Part shown: positions 1 through 9,291 of the stretch, in pieces | Layout: the number at the start of each line of letters is the position of its first letter | Numbering within the stretch: the first letter of the stretch is position 1 | IMG/VR virus record: IMGVR_UViG_3300011335_000838 | Span: 1 to 43,782 of that record | Reading direction: 5' to 3' (one strand) | Origin: a virus | Taxonomy: Duplodnaviria > Caudoviricetes | DNA length: 43,782 bases | Position numbers and translations under genes: made by a program | The notes under the pieces: generated by a model | Seen by the model: only the letters and a program-made list of their open reading frames with translations | The model's database searches: none | Told to the model about the DNA's origin: nothing

Positions 1-55
1 GGAGAAATAGCAGTTTTCATCGAAAAATCCTCTCAATTCCAATAAAGAATAACAC

Positions 56-86
56 AAAAAAAAATGCCCGCCATTAATGGCGGGCT
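56..86 (-). terminator. Rho-independent terminator
   Basis: GCCCGCCATTAATGGCGGGC perfect palindrome preceded on + by an A-run (U-tract on -), just downstream of ORF 96..347. Confidence 0.8.
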
Positions 87-95
87 TGAACATTA

Positions 96-347
96 TCAAC
101 GGTACAACTTCTCAGCAACCTCACGATCCGGTTCATTTTCGTTCAAGTGGGCGCATGGGATCGATTGCCCGGCCCGTTTTCCCGCCCGCAATTCGACAAT
201 CTCCAGGGGGAGATACTGATTGCCTGAGAGCTTTTTCCAAATAGATTGGCGGGCCTTTTGCGCGTTTGCTTCGGTTTTGTGGCAGGATTCAATCCTGCCA
301 AAAGTTCCATGGGGCTTGGTGAAAGTGTTAACAACCGCATACAACAT
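96..347 (-). CDS. hypothetical phage protein (83 aa, MLYAVVNTF...)
   Basis: ORF 96..380; the ATG at 347 has AGGAG upstream; followed by a terminator. Confidence 0.7.
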   Translation of the reverse strand: MLYAVVNTFTKPHGTFGRIESCHKTEANAQKARQSIWKKLSGNQYLPLEIVELRAGKRAGQSIPCAHLNENEPDREVAEKLYR

Positions 348-385
348 GATAAATCTCCTAATTCCAGTTCGATGGGTCACATTTG

Positions 386-598
386 TTACTTAGTTCGGAA
401 ACACTCCAGCCTCTCTTCCCCACATTTTTGTAGTCTTTTGAAGTTATCGGTTGAATACACACCCCAGAGCCTAGGTTCTTTAATAGACCAGGCGATGTTT
501 CGGCGAACCACCTCTTCGTGGTTCATCATTGCCCAACCCTCCGTAGGCCTCCTTTCTGGGGAAAAAACCACAAACATACCGAGAATGAAACTTGCCAT
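386..598 (-). CDS. hypothetical protein
   Basis: 70-aa ORF co-oriented with and just upstream of 96..347; start uncertain. Confidence 0.45.
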   Translation of the reverse strand: MASFILGMFVVFSPERRPTEGWAMMNHEEVVRRNIAWSIKEPRLWGVYSTDNFKRLQKCGEERLECFRTK

Positions 599-871
599 TT
601 CTCTGACTCCGTTTTCGCTTCACTTCCGTTTGATTCACTTCCCTATTTCTACTATCGACTCCATCGGGAAGCAAGTTCAATTATTCGAATTTATTCGAAT
701 TTATCTGAAATAATTGAAGGTTATACTAAAAAATTGGCATGGATTAATGGTCGGTCGCGTTGAATATGCTGGATTTGTAGGGATTTTTGTTGTAATAGTG
801 GATATGAATGGGAGGGTAATTTATTTTTTGGTTAATATTGTAAAATATTATTATACTTATTGGCCTGGAAT

Positions 872-1027
872 TCGGCCCCTTGCGGCCCCTTGCGCCCTTG
901 CGGCCTATCGGCCCCTTGCGGCCCCTTGCGCCCTTGCGGCCTATCGGCCCCTATCGGCCCCTTGCGGCCCCTTGCGCCCTTGCGGCCTATCGGCCCCTTG
1001 CGGCCCCTTGCGCCCTTGCGGCCCCTG
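872..1027. repeat. GC-rich tandem repeat (~36-bp unit built from GCCCCTTGCG / GCCCTTGCG / GGCCTATC subunits)
   Basis: About four imperfect copies of tcggccccttgcggccccttgcgcccttgcggccta, flanked by AT-rich DNA. Confidence 0.9.
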
Positions 1028-1590
1028 GCTAGTTTTCGGATTAATCCGATCCGATATCAAAGTGATATCACTTTTTGTTTGTTTAGACGATTATTTTTAA
1101 TGAAAAAAATAGTTGATCATTTTAGTAGGGTATAACGAATTAATACCCTAATTCCATACTATTTTCACCCCTAATATTCAATAAGTATCAATATCTTTAT
1201 ACTCCCAAATTAATAAAATATCCTAATAGTCTTAATATCCCGTAAGGTTTCAGCCTATTAAGATCTTAATACTCTCAATAAATTCTATTATTAGAGATCT
1301 TAATAGTATTAAATTCGCGCATTATAGAATACAATTAAGACCTTACAAGGTGAAAATTAAAAAATAAATTAATACTATTAATATCGTTAATAAAAAAATA
1401 AGCGAGTAAGAAGATCTTAATACGGAAAATATCTTCATTGGAGGAAAACCTTGAGCCTGGAAGCCAGGCTCATCTTAACCTCTCCCATATATAATTTCTA
1501 TTTCCCATTCTCAATCCAAATTCTCCTATACCTATCCTAATTTTCCCTGCTATTCTTACTCATATTCCCCTCTCCTCCTTGGACAGTCCA

Positions 1591-1728
1591 ATGGAACCCG
1601 ATCCCCACATCCAGTCAGCTAAAGCAGTCATAAAGATATCAGAAGCGGAAATACGCTATCTCAAATCTAGAATATCCATCCTAGAAGACCTAATCTCTCG
1701 CAAGCAGGAATTAGTCTCTAATGAGTGA
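1591..1728 (+). CDS. small hypothetical protein (45 aa, MEPDPHIQSAKAVIKISEAEIRYLKSRISILEDLISRKQELVSNE)
   Basis: Translated by hand (below the ORF-track cutoff); coiled-coil-like; stop overlaps the terS start. Confidence 0.5.
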   Translation: MEPDPHIQSAKAVIKISEAEIRYLKSRISILEDLISRKQELVSNE

Positions 1729-2221
1729 TTCTCTGGAGCCAACCATTGAGGATCGCAAGCGAGTGATCCGTCTCCTGAAGGGCAAGGATGAGCCGCGCGT
1801 CGATCCAGCCGTGACCCCGTCCCTAATCCCATCATCCCGCATTGAATCGGCCCTACTACGCTACAAGGGCCTACAATACCTCTCAGCTGACTACCTTGGA
1901 ATTACCCGTGCCGATCTAGCTGCTCGACTAGAAGCTGACAACCACCTACAAGAGATAGCATTAGATCAGCGTGGAAAGCTCCTAGATAAAGCAGAATCCA
2001 AGCTAATGGATGCAATTGAAAATGGTGAGAAGTGGGCAATCACTTTAGCCCTTAAAACCATTGGCCGTGAGCGTGGATATATTGAGCGTCAAGAGATATC
2101 CAACATCCATCAAGTTCGTCTTCAAATTGTAGAAGAAATAGTTGACATCAACGGCTCCTCCCAGATAGAAGTGAAAGCAAACTATATCCAAAACAATCTC
2201 CCCCAATCATTCAAAGAATGA
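1721..2221 (+). CDS. terS: terminase small subunit (putative)
   Basis: HTH-like segment plus LDKAESKL...G..WAI...LKT.GRERGY.ER pattern; overlaps the terL start. Confidence 0.75.
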   Translation: MSDSLEPTIEDRKRVIRLLKGKDEPRVDPAVTPSLIPSSRIESALLRYKGLQYLSADYLGITRADLAARLEADNHLQEIALDQRGKLLDKAESKLMDAIENGEKWAITLALKTIGRERGYIERQEISNIHQVRLQIVEEIVDINGSSQIEVKANYIQNNLPQSFKE

Positions 2222-3540
2222 CCCTTTCAGGAGCGCACATGGATCGGAGGCAGACAGGAAAGAAGCCGAGTCCGCCCATTCCCGCGCGGATGGACATTGT
2301 CACCAAAAAATTCCAACTCCATCAAACTCAATACAACTTTCATCATTCCCCCGCCCGTTATCGTGGATTCGTAGGTGGTCGAGGTTCAGGCAAATCCTAT
2401 GTTGGAGCGTACGACCTCCTACGCCGAGCGATGTCAGACGAGGGCAAGGGCCGTCTCTACATGGTGGTATCCCCCACCTACATCATTCTCCAAGATGCAA
2501 CCATCCGTTCCCTGGCGCAGTTGGCTGAGGACTTCGGCATAATTCGTGATCAATGGAAGCAACCGCCGCGCCTGGTATTGACCAATGGTTCTGAAATTAT
2601 TTTTCGCTCAGGTGATGATCCGGAAAAACTGCGTGGACCCAACCTATCCGGAATATGGCTTGATGAAGCCTCAATCATGGATGAGGAAGTCTTCAATATC
2701 GCAATCGCAACTTTGCGTGAGGGTGGAAGGGCTGGCTGGCTTACGGCCACCTTCACTCCCAAGGGCATGTCACATTGGACCTACGATGTCTTTGGCCGAG
2801 AAACCCGCGAGAACACAGCCCTCTTCAAATCCTCGACAGCTGACAACCCATTCCTTCCACCTGACTTCATCTCCGCTCTCTCTGGACAGTACTCTGACAG
2901 GCAATCATCCCAGGAGATCGACGGAGAGTTCGTCGATCAAGAAGGCTCAGAATGGCCCAACTCTCATTTCGGAGATCACATCTGGACCGACTCCTTCCCA
3001 GATCCCGATCAAATCACAATCCGCATAATTGGAATTGACCCGTCCAAAGGTAAGGATGCTAGATTTGGTGATTACTCCGCTATAGTAAAGCTAGCTAGAG
3101 ATAAAAATGGCATCCTATACTGTGAAGCGTATATGGAAAGAATCGATGCAGAGCGAATGATATCAAGAGTAATAAAAGATAACGAAGAGTTCTGTCCAGA
3201 CGGTGTAGTAATAGAATCTAACCAATTTCAGCATTTGCTAGCATCTCAAATACTTGAGGAATCAAAAAAGTCTGGTAATGTAGTACCAATCCTGACCCTA
3301 TACAATACAGTCTCAAAAGATGTGCGAATTCGCCGTCTTGGACCGTACCTGGCAAACAAGCTGATTCGTTTCAAGCGCAATGATGGAACCAAGATCCTGG
3401 TATCTCAACTGCGGGAATTCCCGCGAGGCAAGCATGATGACGGCCCCGATGCTCTTGAAATGGCACTCCGCTCAATGATTTCAATGTGGAATGGCCGTAG
3501 AAACCAAACGGGCAACAAAGCAAAAAGGCTGACATCATAA
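2218..3540 (+). CDS. terL: terminase large subunit
   Basis: Walker A GGRGSGKS, LRGPNLSGIWLDEA (Walker B), RNase H-like GIDPS...DYSA...HDDGPDA. Confidence 0.95.
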   Translation: MTLSGAHMDRRQTGKKPSPPIPARMDIVTKKFQLHQTQYNFHHSPARYRGFVGGRGSGKSYVGAYDLLRRAMSDEGKGRLYMVVSPTYIILQDATIRSLAQLAEDFGIIRDQWKQPPRLVLTNGSEIIFRSGDDPEKLRGPNLSGIWLDEASIMDEEVFNIAIATLREGGRAGWLTATFTPKGMSHWTYDVFGRETRENTALFKSSTADNPFLPPDFISALSGQYSDRQSSQEIDGEFVDQEGSEWPNSHFGDHIWTDSFPDPDQITIRIIGIDPSKGKDARFGDYSAIVKLARDKNGILYCEAYMERIDAERMISRVIKDNEEFCPDGVVIESNQFQHLLASQILEESKKSGNVVPILTLYNTVSKDVRIRRLGPYLANKLIRFKRNDGTKILVSQLREFPRGKHDDGPDALEMALRSMISMWNGRRNQTGNKAKRLTS

Positions 3541-5699
3541 TGGCAACTAACACCATCTGGAATCGATTCCTATCTGGCCTTGGAATCAATCGCTCCATAC
3601 CTGCTCCTTCCTTGGACAGTGTTCCGGGATCCGCTCGTCCCAGGCGGAATTTGAACGAGAGTGTCCTGACCAATGATTTCTGGATGTCATCCTACATCGA
3701 CATGATGGACAGGTTTCGTGATGGTGGTGGTCAATCCTATCCCATCTCCAATCCTCAAGACCGCAAGTACGGTTCCAACTATCCCTTCTGGTATTCCGAG
3801 CAACAGCTTTCCCTGATCCGGGCGCAAGCCCGCCTGGTGACCACCACCAACCCCAATGCCCTAGGACTCCTCAATGGACTCTGCTCCTATGTAATTGGCT
3901 CAGGATTCTCCTATCGTGCCATCCCCAAGGGGACTGTGGACATTGATGAATCTACAGTTCGCCGTTGTCAAGAAGTTCTTGAGCGATTCATATCGGAAAA
4001 TGAATGGGAAATAATGGAGCAAGAAATATTTAGCCGCTCCAGATCGGATGGTGAAGCTTTTATTCGCCTATTCCCTCAATCATCTGGCAGGCTGGTGATC
4101 CGCACAATCGAGCCGGAGCAAGTGTATATGCCGCCCGGAGAATCGATGGACAACTGGTCCTATGGGATCAACACCGATCCTGACGACTCATTCAATGTTC
4201 TCAACTACTATGTGGATTACCTGGCACCCAAGGGAGAATCCGCCGAACACGACAAAACACGCTTCGCATCTCCCAGTGGTGAAATTGTTGGTGCTGACCG
4301 TGTCATCCACATCAAGTGCAATGTTCCAAAATCAATCAAGCGAGGCCTATCAGATTTCTCCTATGAAACTCTAGACATGTTCACTCTCGCTGGAAAGTTA
4401 CGCAAGAATCTGGGCGAGGCGGCTTCAGTTCAATCCGCAATTGCAGCTATCCGCCAACATGATACCGCCACCTCAGCCCAAGTAGAAACCTTCGTTGATA
4501 ACAATATTGACTTCTCGGCAACCTCAAGTCCCAACAACCGCCAAACTGATTACCAGCGCATCGAACCCGGTTCATTCCTGGACATTCCAAAAGGAATGAA
4601 TTATGTCCAGCCTCCCGGTGCTGAATTCGCAAAAGATCACCTGGATATCTTTCAGGCTTTGCTGCGATCCGCTGGAAACCGCCATAATGCTCCTGAATGG
4701 CTATCATCTGCTAACACAGCTGGTGCAAACTATGCATCATCTCTAACAGCTGAAAGTCCATTCCTTCGCAATTGCATCAGGATGCAGACCTTCTACAAGC
4801 GATACTTCACGCGGATTGCCCGTGAGGCCGTCCGCACAGCTGCAGAGTATGGCGAACTCCCCATCAACATCCTCGATGTGATCGACATTATTGTCACTCC
4901 ACCCGCAGTAGAAGCCCGCGACAAGATTGCGGATTCGCAAGCAAACCAGACATATGTGACAATGGGCATTAAATCCGCCCAGACTGTCACACAGGAACTT
5001 GGCCTCGACTTTGATCAAGAGCAGCGCAATATCGAGCAGCAGGCCGATAAGATGGCATCTGACCTTCCACCAGGAGAGGATTCTCAATCCCAGGTTTCTG
5101 ATTCTGCCCTTAATGGTCTTCAGATTGAGAACCTGGTTGGAATCGTTATGCGAGCCGCCTCTGGCCAAATCAGCATCGAGGTTGCACGAGCGATTGCCAA
5201 GGCGGCATTCCCGCTCATGCCTGACGAGCAAATCACCGCAATATTCCCTGATAGCCTGGCAGGGACACGGGAAATCCCAGCCCGATCCAAGGCCGCGCCC
5301 AAGGAAATCAAAACCTCTCCCACTGGAGTGTCAAACGATCCAACCGCCCCACCAGAAGGCATGGAAGTATCACCAGTAGCAGAATCCAAATCGATAAACT
5401 TCAAGCCACCAGCATCAGTAAGAAGTGCTGCAAAAAGAGGATTGAAGCTTCGGGCCAAATACAATCGTGGAGGAACCGCAGTTGGAGTTGCAAGGGCGAG
5501 AGACCTGATGAATGGGGCCAACTTGTCACCATCGACAATCAAACGGATGACATCCTATTTTGCCCGCCATGAAGTGGACAAGAAGGGAGAAGGGTGGGGC
5601 GAAGACTCCGCAGGCTATATCGCATGGCTCCTGTGGGGCGGGGATGCGGGTTGGTCATGGGCTAGGAAGATTTCCGCCCAAATTGATAGGAAAAAATAA
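3540..5699 (+). CDS. portal protein with C-terminal extension domains
   Basis: Follows terL; DGEAFIR, VIHIK...RGLS, NYASS motifs of lambda-like portals; ~200 extra C-terminal residues. Confidence 0.85.
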   Translation: MATNTIWNRFLSGLGINRSIPAPSLDSVPGSARPRRNLNESVLTNDFWMSSYIDMMDRFRDGGGQSYPISNPQDRKYGSNYPFWYSEQQLSLIRAQARLVTTTNPNALGLLNGLCSYVIGSGFSYRAIPKGTVDIDESTVRRCQEVLERFISENEWEIMEQEIFSRSRSDGEAFIRLFPQSSGRLVIRTIEPEQVYMPPGESMDNWSYGINTDPDDSFNVLNYYVDYLAPKGESAEHDKTRFASPSGEIVGADRVIHIKCNVPKSIKRGLSDFSYETLDMFTLAGKLRKNLGEAASVQSAIAAIRQHDTATSAQVETFVDNNIDFSATSSPNNRQTDYQRIEPGSFLDIPKGMNYVQPPGAEFAKDHLDIFQALLRSAGNRHNAPEWLSSANTAGANYASSLTAESPFLRNCIRMQTFYKRYFTRIAREAVRTAAEYGELPINILDVIDIIVTPPAVEARDKIADSQANQTYVTMGIKSAQTVTQELGLDFDQEQRNIEQQADKMASDLPPGEDSQSQVSDSALNGLQIENLVGIVMRAASGQISIEVARAIAKAAFPLMPDEQITAIFPDSLAGTREIPARSKAAPKEIKTSPTGVSNDPTAPPEGMEVSPVAESKSINFKPPASVRSAAKRGLKLRAKYNRGGTAVGVARARDLMNGANLSPSTIKRMTSYFARHEVDKKGEGWGEDSAGYIAWLLWGGDAGWSWARKISAQIDRKK

Positions 5700-5701
5700 G
5701 G

Positions 5702-7750
5702 ATGAATCAATCTATTGCAAGAAGTAATAAAATACTTGCTGCCAAAATTGGCATACAGCAGATTGAAGTCCTTCAAGCCAACAACAACATCTCGCGGATG
5801 GTGCGAGGAGCTATATCTGCCCGCGAGCGCATTGCACTTCTACCAACCAATCTCTCGTCTTTCGAGAGGATATTGGAGCAAATGGTGTTAGCCTACCTGG
5901 ATGCAGGGAAGGTAGTAGTGAACAGATGTCCGGCCATGCTCACAAACCATCACAACGCCATGACCAAGATCCTCAAATCTTTCATCTTGGACAGTCCATC
6001 AGAGTTGCAAGAGGCGAACAAGAAGTCGATAGTAGCCCGAATATTCCCAGGCATTCCAAAAGACCTGGTAATGAATATTATTCACGGCAAATCTATCCCG
6101 GCAAAACTTCTCCAGAAAATGCAAAAGAATGGATTATCTACTTCTAGTATTGCAAAGCTGGCATCTATAGAGAATGATCCTATAAAAAAGAAGCAATTGG
6201 TATCACAATACTTTCACAAGCTAAAAACTTCAGCATATACTCTAACAAGAACAAATATATCAGAGATGACTTCGTTGATAAACAAAGAGGTGTATGGAGC
6301 AATACCGAGGGATCTTGTGGGATATCAGGTTCACGGGATCATGGATGACAGGATTAGGCCTGAACATCGGGCAAGGAATGGCACAATTTATTACCGCGTC
6401 CCCAGATATGGAAACCTGGGTCTGGAGAAGATGCCTAACCCGCCCCTGGAGGCCGATGGGAGCCATGCCTGGAATTGCCGATGCGTTACGGGTGAATGCC
6501 GGGTAAATGGCTATGTAAAATCAATTTCAAGGTTCTTATATGACGGGGAGTTCACCAAGATACGAACAGCTGGTGGCGCAGAAATCACCGTCACCAGTAA
6601 TCATCCTATAGCCACAAGATTTGGGCTTGTGCAAGCCAATATGATCTCTGAAGGCGATGACATTATCACAAACTTTAATAGTGTCAGTAATTTCTCCGAA
6701 AATGTAAAAAACAAAGTACCCACGATCAAGAATGTATTTGAGTCGATCCTCGTAAACGGTGGAAGGTTCGCCTCGTTTGATCTTCCAAAGCCTCTGGATT
6801 TCCACGGCGATGGGAAGTTCGCTAAAGGAAAAGTCGACATTGTATTTGCCGATAACAAATTGATGACTAAGGGCAATTCCACGCCCGTTCATTTCTTTCA
6901 CAAAAACGGATTCGTCTTGGCTGAAACGGTTGAGATGAGCGTTCCTGACTTGTCGTCCACGAGAATCGTCAGCCATCCCAAGCCATTTGATTCTCTCAGA
7001 AGAAGATTGGCATCTGGGTTTAATTCCAGCCTCAATAAGTCTAGCCAAAAGGCCGAACGACTTACCCTTGTTAGGTCCAGTCTTGGCAACGCCACCCCTA
7101 CTAATCCCATATTCCTTGGAGAGACAATTCAAGGATTCACCTGCAATATACCTAGGAATAAAATCCGGAGGCGGTTCTTTAAGCTTGGAGATCCTCATTG
7201 CTTCAGATTTAGTCCTGATTCTGACCCCAAGGCTGGAGAGCCATCTCCCCACAGTATCGCCTTTGACTCCAATTTCTCTTCCTATCTGCTGAAGAGATAC
7301 TCCGGAAATATATCGCTCGATAAAGTAGTTGAGATTACTAGGTTTCATAAAAAAGAACTCGTATACAGCGTTGATTCACACAATGGTTATTATATGGCAT
7401 CAGACAGCAACATTGCAATATTAAATGGGAACTGCTGGATCACGCCAATATTGAGTACCGATCCCAAAAAATTCTATGACTACAAGGGACGCATTATTCC
7501 TGATGCAAAGACCTTCAGTAACTGGTTTGGAGCGTCACCCAGATCAAAGCAAGTACTGGCGGTTGGCGTGAGAAGGCACCAGGAGGCTTCCAAGAGGTTG
7601 AAACCTGGGGAAACACTCCAATGGCATCACCTTCTTGACCCAAAGACGGGGATGCTGATGGATGCCAGTGAGATAAGGGCTGAGACTATAACGCAAAGAT
7701 CTGGACGAATTAGATCCATAAAATCAAAAATATTGAAAAATTCATCTTGA
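5702..7750 (+). CDS. MuF/SPP1 gp7-like head morphogenesis protein, intein-containing
   Basis: Follows portal; DDRIRPEH...G motif; removing the intein restores PP...HAWNCR|CWITPI. Confidence 0.85.
   Translation: MNQSIARSNKILAAKIGIQQIEVLQANNNISRMVRGAISARERIALLPTNLSSFERILEQMVLAYLDAGKVVVNRCPAMLTNHHNAMTKILKSFILDSPSELQEANKKSIVARIFPGIPKDLVMNIIHGKSIPAKLLQKMQKNGLSTSSIAKLASIENDPIKKKQLVSQYFHKLKTSAYTLTRTNISEMTSLINKEVYGAIPRDLVGYQVHGIMDDRIRPEHRARNGTIYYRVPRYGNLGLEKMPNPPLEADGSHAWNCRCVTGECRVNGYVKSISRFLYDGEFTKIRTAGGAEITVTSNHPIATRFGLVQANMISEGDDIITNFNSVSNFSENVKNKVPTIKNVFESILVNGGRFASFDLPKPLDFHGDGKFAKGKVDIVFADNKLMTKGNSTPVHFFHKNGFVLAETVEMSVPDLSSTRIVSHPKPFDSLRRRLASGFNSSLNKSSQKAERLTLVRSSLGNATPTNPIFLGETIQGFTCNIPRNKIRRRFFKLGDPHCFRFSPDSDPKAGEPSPHSIAFDSNFSSYLLKRYSGNISLDKVVEITRFHKKELVYSVDSHNGYYMASDSNIAILNGNCWITPILSTDPKKFYDYKGRIIPDAKTFSNWFGASPRSKQVLAVGVRRHQEASKRLKPGETLQWHHLLDPKTGMLMDASEIRAETITQRSGRIRSIKSKILKNSS
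6536..7348 (-). CDS. antisense homing-endonuclease-like protein: two HTH repeats + DUF559/Vsr-like nuclease domain
   Basis: RYISGVSLQQIGREIGV...WL and RYIAGESLNCLSKEYGI repeats; SQDE...QFVIGKYNVDF...IAVEI...DR...RGYFVFYI; lies wholly within the intein. Confidence 0.8.
   Translation of the reverse strand: MKPSNLNYFIERYISGVSLQQIGREIGVKGDTVGRWLSSLGVRIRTKSEAMRISKLKEPPPDFIPRYIAGESLNCLSKEYGISRGGVAKTGPNKGKSFGLLARLIEAGIKPRCQSSSERIKWLGMADDSRGRQVRNAHLNRFSQDESVFVKEMNGRGIALSHQFVIGKYNVDFSFSELPIAVEIQRLWKIKRGEPSTVYEDRLKYILDRGYFVFYIFGEITDTIKVCDNVIAFRDHIGLHKPKSCGYRMITGDGDFCATSCSYLGELPVI
7389..7418 (-). promoter_or_regulatory. sigma70-like promoter for the antisense endonuclease ORF
   Basis: On -: TTGCAA (7418-7413), 18-nt spacer, TATAAT (7394-7389), 40 nt upstream of the ATG at 7348. 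Confidence 0.6.
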
Positions 7751-7780
7751 CATGCCATATAAAGGTATCAAGATCAAGAT

Positions 7781-9253
7781 ATGTCTAACTCTACATCGAT
7801 ACTAAAGATGTCTATCAGCGAGACTGTCACCTCTGGAGAGGATGACGGAATATCCGTTGAGAGAGAGCTTGGCGTTATTCACAATGTCAAGATAATTGGA
7901 TTCACATCGGAAAATGACAGGCAATATACGCCTGAAGCTTTGGAAGAGGCGATTCCTCTGTACGAGGGGGTCCGGGTCAATATCGACCATCCAGAGAAAC
8001 ATCCAACTCAACAGCGTTCAAGCTATGACAGGTTTGGGAAGTTGACCAATGTCAGGTTTGTTCAGGGAAAAGGCCTGTATGGCGACCTGGTCTATCTGAA
8101 AAGCCATCCAATGGCCGAAATGATCTGCGAAGCGGCAGAGCGAATGCCTGAACTATTTGGAATGTCTCACAATGCCCAAGGCGAGGGTGTGGTGAACAAG
8201 AAAGGCATATTTGTTGTGTCAAAAGTAACTGAGGTGCGCCATGTCGATGTGGTTGCAGACCCGGCCACAACCCAATCGCTTGAAGAATCGGCGGACTCTT
8301 GCAAAACAGTCAAAAAGACAAAAGAGGCAGCGTATTCTGGAGTGGGTTACAAGTCGAAGCATCAAGGCCCAAAAGCCCGGCGAGGGTATGTAAAGGCCAA
8401 GTCCAAGAGCGCAATCAAATCGACAGCAACTGAAGCTGCAAATAACGATGGAAGCGACATGGATGTCGAAGTTAAGCCTGAAGAAGAAAAAGACAGAGAA
8501 TTACACTACAAAGTAATGCAAATCATTACCCGTGATGATATGGCGGATGACAGAAAAGCTGACGCAGTTATGGAACTGCTGCAAAACACATCAGAGGGGG
8601 ACGACGATATGAACGCAACTGAAGCTAAGGACGGTTCAATGGATGCCAAAGAGGAAGCCAAGGACAGAATCCCTGATCCAGAAAAAGATACTTCAACGGG
8701 TGATACTGACGAATCCCTTGAGGCGTATGGGGACGAAGAGAAGAAAGCTGACAAAAAGTCAAAACTATTGTCAGTAATTGATGCAGAGATGAGCAGCGAG
8801 GAAAAAGCTGACGCTATTGAAGCCATGTATGGTGATGGGGAAGAACCCGCAGAAAAAGACGCTATGGCTGGCGATATGGATGAGGGCGAAGACGAGCCTG
8901 ATGGTGATGAGGCCGATCCCGCCCTGTCTCAGGGGAAAAAAGAGCGGGTTAAAGCTGTGAAGGTCAAGGAATCCAAAGAATCCAAGAGATTCAAGACTGT
9001 TCATGATGAGCTTTCATTTTATAAAGCGAAGGATCGCATTAGAGAATTGTGCGAAAGCAGCGGGATCAAGTACGAAGACCAGCTGGTGGAAGACCTTTCG
9101 TCTTTGACGGCAGATGCTGCTGCAAGGCAGATCAAAAGGTTGGCCATCAGGTCAGAAAAGCCCAAATGTTCGACTCCACGACCTCTCCAAGAGAGTAAGG
9201 GAGAAACCGGGGTTCCTGGTAACGATAGTATTTTCCGTTGGTTACAAAACTGA
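7781..9253 (+). CDS. prohead protease fused to acidic scaffolding region
   Basis: NIDHP...GMSHNAQG...VDVVADPAT protease-like motifs; long D/E/K-rich C-terminus; sits between MuF and capsid genes. Confidence 0.8.
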   Translation: MSNSTSILKMSISETVTSGEDDGISVERELGVIHNVKIIGFTSENDRQYTPEALEEAIPLYEGVRVNIDHPEKHPTQQRSSYDRFGKLTNVRFVQGKGLYGDLVYLKSHPMAEMICEAAERMPELFGMSHNAQGEGVVNKKGIFVVSKVTEVRHVDVVADPATTQSLEESADSCKTVKKTKEAAYSGVGYKSKHQGPKARRGYVKAKSKSAIKSTATEAANNDGSDMDVEVKPEEEKDRELHYKVMQIITRDDMADDRKADAVMELLQNTSEGDDDMNATEAKDGSMDAKEEAKDRIPDPEKDTSTGDTDESLEAYGDEEKKADKKSKLLSVIDAEMSSEEKADAIEAMYGDGEEPAEKDAMAGDMDEGEDEPDGDEADPALSQGKKERVKAVKVKESKESKRFKTVHDELSFYKAKDRIRELCESSGIKYEDQLVEDLSSLTADAAARQIKRLAIRSEKPKCSTPRPLQESKGETGVPGNDSIFRWLQN

Positions 9254-9291
9254 TCCTCTAACGCATCTCAACCCTTTCTCTGGAGAGTCCA

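Larger units (their letters stand above)
6482..7432 (+). mobile_element. intein (317 aa, C261-N577; +1 residue Cys578)
   Basis: N-terminal CVTGECRV, block B ITVTSNHPI, C-terminal DKVVEI...VYSVD...YY...NGN|C; inserted in the conserved NCRC motif. Confidence 0.88.

Noticed and set aside
246-763. + strand ORFs 246..713 and 518..763
   Set aside because: Antisense to - strand ORFs that have an RBS and terminator; no recognisable motifs.
872-1027. CRISPR array
   Set aside because: Pure tandem subunits with no unique spacers.
714-1135. ORFs 714..1100 and 860..1135 as genes
   Set aside because: They are open largely because the GC repeat lacks stops; translations are low complexity and no RBS is evident.
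4743-5542. Antisense ORFs in the portal gene (also 9907..10440 and 34361..34810)
   Set aside because: Unlike 6536..7348 they show no domain motifs or promoter; typical shadow ORFs.
7747-7780. Promoter at the TTGACA before the protease gene
   Set aside because: No convincing -10 hexamer at 16-18 nt spacing.
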